Assembly: GCA_038087875.1 (NCBI GenBank)
Contig: CM075981.1
Span: 1,550,001-1,614,000 of the forward strand
Reading direction: 5' to 3'
DNA length: 64,000 nucleotides
DNA from: Malacoraja senta
Lineage: Eukaryota
The stretch's first letter is position 1; the number at the start of each line of letters is the position of its first letter. The translations under genes and the position numbers were made by a program. The notes below the pieces were generated by a model, which saw nothing but the letters and a program-made list of their open reading frames with translations, had not been told where the DNA came from and made no database searches. Positions 11,582 through 24,376 of the stretch are shown one piece after another.

Positions 11582-11618
11582 ATGTGGATTCCCATTCTTC
11601 TCATCTCCTCGCTGCCGG
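11582..11618 (+). CDS. Gene B exon 1: signal-peptide leader MWIPILLISSLP(G)
   Basis: ATG at 11582, hydrophobic leader, G|GTGAGT phase-1 donor. Joins V1 to give MWIPILLISSLPGAVWA, a typical split CD300/pIgR-type leader. Confidence 0.88.
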
Positions 11619-12548
11619 GTGAGTGAAAGCCAGATCCGGATATTCCAATGATCAATGTTATTTGGGGTCTCATGCACCCTTTCCACAGCAGAGATAGTTA
11701 AGTATGTGTAGACATGTAATGGGGGAGATGCAACTCAGTGCATTGTGGTGATGGATCTGAAATCACATTTGAATATCTAGACTATGTTCGTAGTTTAACC
11801 ACTGTTGACACGGTCTAATTGCATCCTGGTGATAGTTTATAGGCATAAAATAGCAAATGAATTTGGAGCAGATACTCCAAGATACCTGGACCGAAGGACA
11901 GAGGTTACAACATCACCAGGAAGTTAATTCTACACCTTTTAAATGTGTTTACAACTGAGGGGGGGGGGTGGTCGGGATTGTGGACTCATTGTATCAGTTC
12001 AAATATTCCCTGCATTTGTCCAACTCAACTCTGTCGCAAACCCAACAATTCCCCGCAGTCTGAGACTGAACCACTGTTCTCGCTCTATCCACCCACCCCC
12101 AACTCTCTCTCCATCCTCTTTCCAATCCGCAACCCAGTCGCGCTAAAATGCAAGTTCAGGTTATTGTCACGTGTACCGAGGTACAGTGAAAAGCTTTTTG
12201 TTGCGTGCTAATCAGACAGATACATGATTATAATCGATCCTCTTACAGTGCATAGATACATGAAAGGGAAATAAAGTGTAAGGTAAAGCCAGCGAAGTCC
12301 GATCAAGGGTATTCCGAGGGTCACCAAAGAGGTAGATAGTTCAGCACTGCTCTCTGGTTGTGGTAGGATGATACTGATGTGTGAGTGCAACTGGAAAGGA
12401 ACTGTCCCCGAATCTGGCGGTGTGCGTTTTCACGCTAGTAACGCTCTCCGGTAATATACCCGCATTATTGTAACTCGTCCGTCCTCAGTGTCCTCAGTCA
12501 GGGCTTTATAAAGGCAGTGGCGGCGGTGAATGTCTAAACACGGGTCCG

Positions 12549-12762
12549 GCCCAGTGTCGGTTGAGAGATAAATGTTTCCGGGACATCTGGGCACCGCCTG
12601 GGGTTGAATACATCCTTGACAAGTATTGTAACATAGTTGTATAGTTGTTTATTTCGTTTATTTGTTTGTCTTGTATTATGGTGGTGGGTTCTGTTTTGTT
12701 TTATTGTATCGTCAATATTATTTTCAATAATTAAATAAATTATTTGATAATATTTTTTTTTT
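12549..12762 (+). mobile_element. 3' end of a Tx1/L1-type LINE in gene B intron 1; longer copy in gene C at 35581-35827
   Basis: The C copy translates FRGRVGLQGYQALFAGTWGDFRDIWAPPRVEYILDKYCNIVV*, which is Tx1-like at the ORF2 C-terminus. AT-rich 3'UTR and a 13-bp duplication AAACACGGGTCCG. Confidence 0.6.
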
Positions 12763-13192
12763 AAACACGTGTCCGGCCCAGTGTCGGTTGAGAGATGAAT
12801 GTTGGCTGCGCAGCCGGCGGCACCGCCAATTAAATAGCAAAGTGGGGTCTTTCTTTAGGGTGAGAGGCCGGGCACCGCCTGGGATTGTTGGAAGGCAGCT
12901 CCTGCAACACTGCCGCGCTCCCTCAGAACCGCACTGCGATCCCAGCCCAGTTTCTGCTCAGGGATCTGGAGTGGGAAGTGAACCCAAATTGTACTGAGCC
13001 GCGGACAGAACATTGACACAACTGGTACAATAACAGCACTGTCTGCACTTCAGACCGGAGACATTGGTCGTGAAGCAATATGACACATTATGGAACGTTT
13101 TACGTTTTCTTTCATGTAATCTTCAAAATGTATCAATTACCATTAAACAGTTAATTTGCTCTCCATCTGAAAGTTTCTCCGCTCAGTTTCAG

Positions 13193-13507
13193 GTGCAGTG
13201 TGGGCAGAGTGGGAAGTAAAAGGAGTTGTGGGAAGAGAGATCACAATCGATTGTCACTATGCAGCAGAGTACCGCTCACACACAAAATACTGGTGCCGTG
13301 GGAGGAGTCGATCGTGTAGAGTTTTAGTGGAAACAAATGGGCAACACGGACGGAGTGGAAGAGTGTCAATCACAGATAACCCGGCACGAGGAATATTTAT
13401 TGTGACTGTGGAGGATCTTCACTCGGAAGATACAGGATGGTACAGCTGTGGAATTTCAACATCAGCCGACCATCCAATATTTAACGTTTTACTCGAAGTA
13501 TCTGACG
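13193..13507 (+). CDS. Gene B exon 2: Ig V domain V1 (CD300/pIgR-like)
   Basis: tttcAG|GT GCA GTG TGG start and GAC G|GTatgt end; 315 nt, phase 1-1. IDCHY...KYWC...C...RVSITD...TVEDL..EDTGWYSC includes the extra WC...C disulfide of the CD300/pIgR/TREM family. Confidence 0.92.
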
Positions 13508-13846
13508 GTATGTTTCGCAGCGAATGACTTGACGTCTCCAGCAGAAAGACAATACAGGATTACAATCGATCCTCTTACGGTGCATAGATACATGAAAAGG
13601 AAATTACGTTTAGTGTAAGGCGAATCCAGCAAAGTCCGATCAAGGGTAGTCCGAGGGTCATCAAAGAGATAGATAGTTCCGCACTACTCTCTGGATGTGG
13701 TAGGATGATTCAGATGCCTGACAACAGCTGTGAAGAAATTGTCCCCGAATCTGGCGGTGTGCGTGTTCACGCTAGTAACGCTCTCCGGTAAGGGACCTGG
13801 AGGTGGGTGGTGAGTGGGCGAGTGGTGAGTGGGTGAGTGGTTGGGT

Positions 13847-14650
13847 GAGTGGGCAGATGCATGGCAGATGAAGTTTAATGTGGATAAATGTGAGTTTATC
13901 CACTTTAGTAGCAAAATCAGGAAGGCAGATTATTATCTGAATGTTGTCAGGTTGGGAAAAGGGGAAGTACAAAGAGATCTGGGGGTCCTTGTTCATCACT
14001 CACTGAAAGTAAGCATGCAGGTACAGCAGGCAGTGAAGAAAGCTAGTGGCATGTTGACCTTAATAACAAGAGGAGTTGAGTACAGGAGCAAAGAAGTCCT
14101 TCTGCAGTTGTACATGGCCCCAGTGAGACCACACCTGGATTATTGTTTGCAGTTTTGATCTCCAAATTTGAGGAAGGACCTTCTTGCTATCGAGGGAGTG
14201 CAGTGTATGTTGAGGGAGTGCAACAAGGTTAATTCCCGGGATGGCGGGACTGTCATCTGTTGATTGAATGGTGCGGGTGCGCTTGTATACTCAGGAATTT
14301 AGAAGGATGAGATGGGATCTTATTGAAAAATATAAGATTATTAAGGGATTGGACACGCGAGAGGCAGGAAACTTTTCCCCGATATTAAGAATAATGGATA
14401 GGCCATTTAGAACGGAGATGAGGAAAAACGTTTTCACCCAGAGAGTTGTGAATCTGTGGAATCATCTGCCTCAGAAGGCAGTGGGGGCCGATTCACTGGA
14501 TGCATTCAAAAGAGAGTTAGATAGAGCGCTTTGGGCTAGCGGAATCAAGGGGTATGGGGAAAGGCAGGAACGGGGTACTGATTGTGGATGATCAGCCATG
14601 AACACATTGAATAGCGGTGCTGGCTCGAAGGGCTGTATGGCCTACACCTG
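13847..14650 (+). mobile_element. CR1 LINE 3' fragment (reverse transcriptase C-terminus); paralogue at about 37622-38399
   Basis: ORFs 13829..14158 and 14268..14591: W+FNVDKC..HF...QRDLGV.V...RPHL.YC.QF and ...TQRVVNLWN.LP motifs. Confidence 0.88.
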
Positions 14651-15694
14651 CACCTATTGCCTATGTATCTATGTATCTCTTTATCTATGTCTGTATCTAC
14701 AGTTCCTTGTGTCTCCACCTCTGATATTGAAAAGCAAGACCAATCAAATATTCAGCAAGAGAACACTATACCCGTTAGAGTAACTGGGCGCAGTGGTTTC
14801 CTGCTGATTGTTATCGGGTGTTACATTTGTATTTGAAGTGAACCCTACTGATGTTAACGACTCACGAATAGATTTAGGTTCTGTTGAGATAAGGAAATAA
14901 AAGACAATTAAAGATAGACAAAAAAATGCTGGATTAACTCAGCGAGACAGGCAGCATCGCTGGAGAGAATGAATGGGTAACGTTTCGGGTCTGAGCATGG
15001 GTCTCGACCCGAAACGTCAGAGCGAGAGAGTTAGATGGAGCTCTAAAAGATAGCGGCGCTATGGGATATGGTGAGAAGGTAGGAACGGGGTACTGATTGT
15101 GGATAATCAGCCATGATCATAGTGAATGTCGGTGCTGGCTCGAAGGGCCGAATGGCCTACTCCTACCACTGTTGTCTCTTATCTCTTGACCAGCTTTATT
15201 GTAACCCGTCTGTTCTCCGTTCTCAGTCAGGGCTATGTAAAAGCAGTGGCGGCGGTGAATGCCTAAACACGGGTCCGGCCCAGTGTCTGTTGAGAGATGA
15301 ATGTTGGCAGCGTAGCCGGCGGCACCGCCAATGAAATAGCAAAGTGAGGTATTTCTGCAGGGTGAGAGGCCGGGCACCGCCTGGGATTGTTGAAAGGCAG
15401 CTCCTGCAACACTGCCGCGCTCCCTCAGTACCGCACTGCGATCCCAGCCCAGTTTCTGTTCAGGGATCTGGAGTAGGAAGTGAACCCTAATTGTACTGAC
15501 CCGGCGACAGAACACTGACACAACAGGTACAATAACAGCACTGGCTGCACTTCAGACCGGAGACATTGGCCGTGAAGCAATATGACACATCGTGGAACGA
15601 TTTAAGTTTTCTTTCATGTAATCTTCAAAATGTATCTATTTCCATTAAACAGTTCATTTGCTCTCCATCTGAAAGTTTCTCCCCTCCATTTCAG

Positions 15695-16009
15695 CTGCAG
15701 TGTGGGGAGAGACGTATGTAAGAGGAGTTGTGGCAAGAGCGATCACAATCGATTGCCACTATGCAGCAGAGTACCGCTCACACACAAAATACTGGTGCCG
15801 TGTGCAGAGTCGCCAATGTACGGATGTGGTGGACACAAATGGGCAACAAGGACGGAGTGGAAGAGTGTCAATCACCGATAACCCGGCACGAGGAATATTT
15901 ACTTTGACTGTGGAGGATCTTCACTCTGGAGATACAGGATGGTACAGGTGTGGAATTACTACATCTAACGGCCGTCCAATGTTAAACGTAGAACTCCAAG
16001 TATCTGACG
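15695..16009 (+). CDS. Gene B exon 3: Ig V domain V2
   Basis: catttcAG|CT GCA GTG TGG start and GAC G|GTacgt end; 315 nt, phase 1-1, intact V motifs (ORF 15700..16029). Confidence 0.92.
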
Positions 16010-16209
16010 GTACGTTTCGCAGCGATTGACTTGTCGTCTCCACTGAAGTGCCTGATCAATGTATTCTCCGGGAAGGGTCAGGGCAGCACCGATATCCCGA
16101 GGCTCGGCAGCAGTGCAGAGACCTGTGGGGAGCGGGCGGGGGTCGGGAAACCGCACTCATTTTGCTCTCACCCTGTGCGGGGTCTGCCCCATTGAGCGGC
16201 CACCCACTT

Positions 16210-17635
16210 AGAAACATAGAAACATAGAAAATAGGTGCAGGAGGAGGCCATTCGGCCCTTCGAGCCAGCACCGCCATTCATTGCCATCATGGCTGATCGT
16301 CCCCAATCAATAACCTATGCCTGCCTTCTCCCCATATCCCTTGATTACACTACACCCTGGAGCTCTATCTGACTCTCTCTTAAATCCATCCAGTGATTTG
16401 GCCTCCACTGTCCTCTGTGGTAGTGAATGCCACAAATTCACAACTCTCTGGGTGAAAACGTTTTTTCTCACCTCTGCCTTAAATGGCCTCCCCTTTATTC
16501 TAAGACTGTGGCCCCTGGTTCTGGACTCGCCCAACATTGGGAACACTTTTCCTGCATCTAGCTTGTCTAGTTCTTTTATAATTGTATGTCTTTCTATAAG
16601 ATCCCCTCTCATCCTTCTAAACTCCAGTGAATACAAGCCTAGTCTTTTCAATCTCTCCTCATAAGACAGACCCGCCATCCCAGGGATCAATCTCGTGAAC
16701 CTATGCTGCACTGCCTCAATCACAAGGATGTCCTTCCACAATTAGGAGACCAAAACTGTACGCAATACTCCAGATGTGGTCTTTCCAGAGCCCTATACAA
16801 CTGCAGAAGAACCTCTCTACTATATTGAAATCCTCTTGTTATGAAGGCCAAAATTCCATTAGCTTTCTTCACTGCCTGCTGTACCTGCAAGCCAACTTTC
16901 AGTGACCAATGTACAAGGAAATCCAGGTCTCGCTGCGCCACCCCCTTACCTAACCTAACCCCGTTGTGATAATAATCTGCCGCCTTGTTTTTGCCACCAA
17001 AGTGGATAACCTCACATTTATCTATATTATACTTCCACGCATCTGCCCACTCACTCAACCTGTCCTGGTCACCCTGCAACCTCCTAACATCCTCTTCACA
17101 GTTCACACTGCCATCCAGCTTTGTGTCATCCGCAAACTTGCTAGTGTTGCTCCTAATTCCCTCTTCCAAATCATTAATATATATGGTAAACAGTTGCGGC
17201 CCAAACACCGAGCCTTGCGGCACTCCACTCGCCACTGCCTGCCATTCTGAAAAGGACCCGTTCACTCCTACTCTTTACTTCCTGTCTGCCAACCAATTTT
17301 CTATCCACGTCAACACCCTACCCCCAATACCAATCGCTCTAATTTAAGTCACCAGTCTCTCGGGCGGGTCCTTATCAAAGGCTTTCTGAAAGTCTAGATA
17401 TACTACATCCACTGGCACCACTTCATCCATTTTACTTGTCACATCTTCAAAAAATCCAGAAGATTAGTCAAGCATGATTTTCATAAATCCATGCTGACTT
17501 GGACTAATCCTTTTACTGTTATCGAAATGCCCCATTATTACCACTTTAATAATTGACACCAGCATCTTTCCCACCACCGAAGTCAGGCTAACTGGTCTAT
17601 AATTCCCCGTTTTTTCTATCGCTCCTTTTTTGAAA
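16210..17635 (-). mobile_element. CR1 LINE fragment (RT domain to 3' tail)
   Basis: ORFs 16720..17265 and 16307..16741 (GVPQGSV.GP.LF.IYINDL...KFADDTKL). (TTTCTATG)n tail appears as catagaaa repeats at about 16213. Confidence 0.9.
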
Positions 17636-17859
17636 AGTGGAATTTAACTTCTCATTCACTTCACTTTTCACTTAAAGTGGAATGCTCAGCACATTTCCCT
17701 TCCTCTGAACTGTATGAAATGTCACCCTGTCAGAAGTTTGCATTTCGACTCAAACTAATAATCCGACAGATCAGTGAGAAACAAGTGTTGCTCGCGGTCT
17801 GAATACCCCGAGAGTTTAAAAAAATCAGTCCCCAGAGCTCAATAGACTGCGATCAGTCC

Positions 17860-18640
17860 TCCCGTGGTAGGCCATCCCGCTTCCCGCCCCCACCTCAGGG
17901 ATCAGTCATTCCCTCCCAAACCCCGCGCTCTCTCTCTCTCCCTCTGCCCCATCAATGCGCCCCCATCTCCAGCAGCCACCGTCCACCCACCGCCCGGCAG
18001 TCAGCCAACCTCTCCACCCGGACATTTCCCCGGTGTTAAGCAGAATAAACTCATCTTTCACCCCATCAGCCGTCGCACACAACACATAATCCTCCAACAT
18101 TTTCGCCACCTCCAACGGGATCCCACTACTAGACACATCTTTCCATCTACACCGCTATCTGCTTTCCGAAGAGACCGTTCCTTCCGTAACTCCCTGGTCA
18201 ACGTCCATCCCCCCCCCCCCAAAAAAAAACCATCCTCTCCCCAAGTACCTTCCCCGACAACTGCAGGAGATAGATCACCTGTCTCGATACCTCCTTCCTC
18301 TACTCCGTCCAAGGTCTCCAACAATCTTTGCGGGTGAGGATTGACTAGCATCTCCTCCAAGCTCACCTACTACATCCGCTGTTCCAGGTGTGAACTACTG
18401 TATATCGGCGAGACCAAGCGCAGACTCGTCGATCGTTTCGCTGATTAACTCCGCTCAGTCTGCTTCGGCCGACGCTACTTCCCGATTGCTAAACACTTTA
18501 ATTCCCCCTCCCATCCCCAAACTCAACTTTCTGTCCTGGACCTCCTCCACTATCCAACGTAAATAGGAGGAAAAGCACCTGGGAAACTTACAACCCATCG
18601 GTTTGAATATTGACTTCTCTAACTTCAAGGAACCCTTGCT
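17860..18640 (+). mobile_element. Penelope-like element fragment (RT C-terminus/GIY-YIG region); paralogue at about 40690-41390
   Basis: LIFHPISRRTQHIILQHFRHLQRDPTTRHIFPSTPLSAFRRDRS.RNSLV, then TYYIRCSRCELLYIGETKR.L.DRF, a PLE endonuclease signature. Confidence 0.8.
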
Positions 18641-20062
18641 TTACTCCTGTCCCCATCCCGCCACCATCCTAGCTCTCCAGTTAGTTGCACAGTCAAACTG
18701 ATTTTATTTTACTTATTGTATGCCTCGTTGTCACCTTCCCTTCAGCTCACAATGATCCATTGTCCATTTTCTTTTCACCTTTGATCACTTGTTTTCACAC
18801 CTTACCTTTCCATTTATCTTCTGTCTCCCTGTCCCATGATTCTCAGGCTGAAGATGGGTCTCGACAGGAAACGTCACCCATTCCGTCTTTCGAGAGATGC
18901 TGCCTGCTCCGTTGCGTTACTCCAGCATTTTGTGTCTATCTTAAAGGGATCGTAATTCGTTTTCCACAGCAGAGATGGTTAAGTGTGTGTAGACATGTAA
19001 TGGGGGAAATGGAACTCAGTGCATTGTGGTGCTGGATCTGAAATCACACTTGAATATCTACACAATGTTCGTAGTTTAACCACTGTTGACACATGGTCGA
19101 AATACATCCTGACGATAAATGAAAGGCTTAAAATAGCGAATAAATTTGAAGCAGATACTGCAAGACACCTGGACCGAAGGCGAGAGGTTCCAACGTCATC
19201 TGGAAGTTAATTCTACACTTTTAAAATGTGTTTACCAAGGAGGTGGAAGTCAGGATTGTGGACTCATTGTGTCAGTTCAAACATTCCCTGCATTTGTCCA
19301 ACTCAACTCTGTCGCAAACCCAACAATTCCCCGGAGTCTGAGACTGAACCACTGTCCTCGCTCTATCCACCCACCCCCAACTCTCTCCCATCCTCTCTCG
19401 GATCCGTGGCCCAGTCGTGCTGAATTGTCCATGGCGAGCCGGGGTCATTGGGAATAAATCCTGTCCCAGATGAGCAGCGGGACATTGGGCTCACAATTCA
19501 GTTTAGTTTATTATCACGAGTACCGAGGTACAGTGAATCTGGCGATGTGCGTTTTCACGCTAGTAACGCTCTCCAGTAAGGACCCGCTTTATTGTAACCC
19601 GTCCGTACTCAGTCAGGGGGTTGTAAAGGCAGTGGCTGCGGTGAATTTCTAAACACGGGTCCGGCCCAGTGTCGGTTGAGAGATGAATGTTGGCAGCGCC
19701 GAAACTGATATAGCAAAATGGGGTCTTTCTGAAGGGGATAGGCCGGGTATCGCCTGGGATTGTTGATAGGCAGCCCCTGCAACACTGCCGCGCTCCCTCA
19801 GTGCCGCACTGCGATCCCAGCCCACTTTCTGCTGAGGGATCTGGAGTGAGAAGTGAACCCAAATTGTACTGACCAGGGGACAGAACACTGACACAACTGA
19901 TACAATAACAGCACTGCCGCACTTCATACCGGATACATTGGTCGTGAAGCAATATGACACATCATGGAACGATTATGTTTTTCATGTAATCTTCAAAATG
20001 TATCTATTACCATTAAACAGTTCATTTGCTCTCCATCTGAACGTTTTTCCCCTCCATTTCAG

Positions 20063-20377
20063 CTGCAGTATGGGGAGAGAGGAATGTAACAGGTGTTGTG
20101 GGAAGAGCGATCACAATCGATTGTCACTATGCAGCAGATTACCGCTCAAACACAAAATACTGGTGCCGTGGGTGGAGTCGCCAATGTACAGATATGGTGG
20201 AAACAAATGGGCAACACGGACGGAGTGGAAGAGTGTCAATCACAGATATATCGGCACTAAGAATATTTACTGTGACTGTGGAAGATCTTCACTCTGGAGA
20301 TACAGGATGGTACAGGTGTGGAATCACAGCATCCACCGAACATCCATTGTTTCCCGTATATCTCCAGGTATCTGACG
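20063..20377 (+). CDS. Gene B exon 4: Ig V domain V3
   Basis: catttcAG|CT GCA GTA TGG start and GAC G|GTacgt end; 315 nt, phase 1-1. NVT N-glycosylation sequon and intact V motifs. Confidence 0.92.
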
Positions 20378-20699
20378 GTACGTTTCGCAGCGATTGGCTT
20401 CATGTCTCCACTGAAATGCCTGATCCATGTTTTCTCCGGGAAGGGTCAGGGCAGCACCGATATCCCGAGGCTCCGCAGCAGGGCAGAGACCTCCGGGGAG
20501 CGGGCGGGGGTCGGGAAACCCCACTCATGTTTGCTCGCACCCAGTGCGGGCTCTGTCCCACTGAGCGGCCACCCACTTCAAGACACTCAACACATTTCCC
20601 TGCCTCTGAATTGTATGAAATATCACCCTGTCAGAGGTTTGCATTCCGACAAACTAATAACCCGACAGATCAGTGAGAAACAAGTATTGCTCGCCGTCT

Positions 20700-21560
20700 G
20701 AATACCCGGAGAATGATAAACAGGGAATCAGTCCACAGAGCTCAACAGACTGCGTTCAGTCCTCCCGGGGCAGGCCAGCCCGCTTCCCGCCCCCACCTCA
20801 GGGATCAGTCACTCCCTCCCCATCCCGCACACTCTCTCTCTCCCTCTGCCCCGTCAATGCGTCCCCACTGCCAGCAGCCATTGTCCACCCATCGCCCGCC
20901 AGCCAGCCAGCCTCTCCTCCCGGACATTTCCCCGGTCGTAAGCAGAATAAACTCATCTTTCGCCCCATCAGCCGTCGCACACAGCATATAATCCTCCGAC
21001 ATTTGCGCCACCTACAATGGGATGCCACAACTAGCCACATCTTTCTATCTCCATCGCTTTCTGCGTTCCCTCCGCAACTCCCTGGTCAACTCGTCCTCAC
21101 CCCCACCCCACTCCCCACCCCCCACCCCCGTCCCGTTACCTTCCCCTACAACTGCGGGAGATGCAACACCAGTCACTATATATCCCCCCTCTACTCCGTC
21201 CATGGGCCTCAACAGTCTTTTCGGGTGAGGCAGAGGATTCCTTGCATCTCCTCTAACCTCATCTACTCTATCCGCTGTTCCAGATGTGAACAAGCGGATA
21301 TAGTAGATGGGAGACCAAGCGCAGACTCGGCGATCGTTTCGCTGAACAACTCCGCTCAGTCTGCCTCGGCCTACGCTACATCCCGATTGCTAAACACTTT
21401 TATTCCCCCTCCCATTCCCAAACTGATCTTTCCGTCCTGGACCTCCTCCAGTGTCAGAGTGAGGCCAAAGGCAAATTGGAAAAACAGCGCCTCATATTTC
21501 GCTTGGGCAGCTTACAACCCAGCGGTTTGAATATTGACATCTCTAACTTCAAGTAACCCT
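20700..21560 (+). mobile_element. Penelope-like element fragment; paralogue at about 43500-44320
   Basis: ORF 20673..21530 contains LIFRPISRRTQHIILRHLRHLQWDATTSHIF...TFPYNCGRCNT...FRVRQRIPCISSNLIYSIRCSRC. Confidence 0.8.
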
Positions 21561-22802
21561 TGCTTTACTCCTTTCCATCCCGCCCCCATCCGAAACCTCC
21601 AATTAGATTCACCTGATAATATTTTACTGATTGTATGCCTCGTTGTCACCTTCCCTTCAGCTGACAATTATTCATTCTACATTTCCCTTTAACATTGTCA
21701 CCTTTTATCACTTGTTTTAACATCTTACCCTTCCATTTCTCTTCTGTCACCCAGAACATGACTGTCAGGCTGGAGAAGGGTCTCGATCCGAAACTTCACC
21801 CACTCCTTCTCTCGAGAGATGCTGCCTGCTCCGCTGAGTTCCCCCAGCATTTTGTGTCTCTCTTAAAGCGATCGTAATTAGTTTTCGCGATTAAATTACA
21901 AGGCATTGAATTGTGTTTTTGGCACGCTGGTCTTCATCAGTGAGAACATTCAGAATATAATTTGAGATAATATGCTTCAGACGTGCAGATGTTCAGTCCA
22001 CACTTTGGGAATTGTGTTCAGCTTCAGTCACTCAGCTCCAAGAAAATTTGAGATGGACAGCGTGCAGAAAGGTTTTTGGGCGACGTTGCTGGACAGGATG
22101 GGAATGACGCAGGGAGCGATTGGACAAACTCAGACTTCATTCCTTAGTGTGGAAATGATTGAGAGAGGAACTTATAGAAATGTATCAATCACGAGAAGCA
22201 TGTTCATTTTCCCACGATGTGTGGAATCAAAAAGTGGAGGACAGAGGTAATTGGGAACTATTTAAAGAGGGAGGAATAGTAAGGTGCAATTGACCGTAAT
22301 GGCATGTTTTGTACAGATGAGTGGCCGAAGCTGAACACAATTCGCACAAGTTCGACCTCAGCAACATATGTACAACTGAAACATAACATCCCAACATATG
22401 TTCTGAGGGACAACATTTTCCACACATTGGGTAATATGTACATGGAACCTGCTGCCAGGGGAAGTTGTTGAGGCAGTTAGAATAGCAGCATTTAAAATAT
22501 ATTTTGGATATTTGCGTAGATTGGGATCATTGCGAGTGATAAATGAGAAACGCGGACATATGGAAATGTCATAGAAAGACATGTTGGTCGGCATGAATGA
22601 GCTGTTGTGATGGGCATCTTTCGGTTCTCTATAACTCTAATCTTCTTCGATTTATGTGCTTCGCACACTCCCAGAGATGTAGACGAGCCGGTAAGGTATC
22701 AACCGGACGGTTCGGGCTGAGATAAAGTGCTGCTGAGATTTAGCAAGTGTTTGGTTTTTAACCTTTCATACAGGTGACTGAATGTTTGCTCCATTCCCAC
22801 AG

Positions 22803-23123
22803 AACCCTTGTCTGCTCCTGTGCTCAGGTATCTGTCAGCAGCAAATGCCTCACGTCTTGGAGGCTCAGTGTCAGTGTCCTGTGAGTCTCTCCGTGGATCC
22901 CTTCCCATCCATTACACATGGTTTGAGAAGAACGAGCATTGGGTTGCAATGATCTTGAAAGGCAATCAACTGGATCTGAGTTGTGAAATCCTCAGAGGTG
23001 AACACCTTCGATATTACTGCACAGCCTCAAATAATCGTGGGACAAAATCCAGTGAAATAGTCACGGTGAAAGTCTTCAAAGGAGCAGGAACGTGCAGTTA
23101 TGTGACAGAAATGAACAATGCAG
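22803..23123 (+). CDS. Gene B exon 5: Ig C2 domain C2-1 (Fc-receptor-like)
   Basis: cccacAG|AA CCC TTG start and GCA G|GTgagt end; 321 nt, phase 1-1. PVL...GGSVSVSCESLRGSLPIHYTWF...YYCTASN motif typical of FCRL-type C2 domains. Confidence 0.9.
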
Positions 23124-24376
23124 GTGAGTGTTCCTCTCGTGTCCCTGAACCTGCTGCTATTCGCCTTGCGGTAATGTTCATGTATTTCTTGTTATTTGCA
23201 GACGGCATCATTGCAGCCACCGTGAGCTCATGGTGTAAAATGCGAGAGTTTGTTTGGGGGGGACTGGCAAACAATTGCCCGTAGCTTCCACCATGGAGGT
23301 GTTGCGCAATTTCAGCAAAGGAGAGAAAGACATGCACTTGTCACAAAGGGTTGAGTGCACTCCATCAAATTTCTGCCTTCTGCCTTAAAAATGCCGCTTG
23401 GCTGCCGCTTAAGGTCTCACAGTCTCTTTGAGACATTGAAAGCAACCAAATGCATTCTGTTTGGATCCGCCATCATTTACAATCAAGGATGTACAATTTC
23501 ATGATCATGTTCATGATTTTAACTGTTAATTTGTGTTAAACTCCAGTAATATCACTAAATTAAATTGTAATCTACTTGGCCGTCACTCCATCAAGTATAA
23601 CCCTTACTTTTGTCAAAGAGAATTTTGAAATGAACTCCCAGTAGGCGTGGAGACGTTCAGATTGGAAGTCCAGAATAGAGTGTGAATGGTTTACATCAGA
23701 GACACCAAGCTTATACAATGCCAGCGTTTCTTAAACTATTTCAGTGCCATTCACCCTTGAGTCTTTATTACAAGATTTAATTCACCCTCCACTAAATATT
23801 CTTATGTTTTTTTTGGTTATTATCATCTTATTTTCACTTGTGCATAATTTTATATATAATTTATTTTGTCACATGAGCAAAACACATGAATTAACTCATT
23901 CACCCCAAAATAATTTCATTCACCCTTGGGTAAACCATTTATCAGTTTAAGAAGCACTGGCCGAGGCTACAATTTCGCCGAACACTTGTGTTTGGTCTGT
24001 CATGACCCAGAGTCGTACTTGATAGACACCCGGTTGATGCAGAGCAGCAGCAGTTTGCACCATCTGCACGATGCACTGCAGCAACTCACCAAGACTCCCA
24101 AGACATTACCTTCCAATTGCAACAGGCTCCGTGTTCAACGCATCATTCTTCACCATTCACACCCACATTAGCTGGGAAGCGCTTTGGAACGACGTGCAGA
24201 AGGTGAGGGACGGTGTACAGTATCTGTCTCTCATCGCAATCTAGGTGGAATTCAACAGAGTTAAGAAAATCATTGGGCGGACGCCCCTGTATACATTGAT
24301 GTATACTATAATGTATATGTTTGTGAAAGGCTAATTTTGCTCTTCAATCTATGAAAGAATTTTCCTTCAGTTTCAG

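Noticed and set aside
13508-13560. Recombination signal sequences next to V exons (somatic rearrangement)
   Set aside because: V exons end in ordinary splice donors. I saw no CACAGTG heptamer with a correctly spaced ACAAAAACC nonamer.
15695-16009. Positive selection on V2 between B and C
   Set aside because: The manual count of 11 nonsynonymous to 5 synonymous changes does not exceed neutral expectation.
20098-20676. V and C2 ORFs extending past their donors (192 aa, 158 aa, 157 aa and similar) as single-exon genes
   Set aside because: The extensions run through canonical GT donors or AG acceptors into intron and have no domain similarity.
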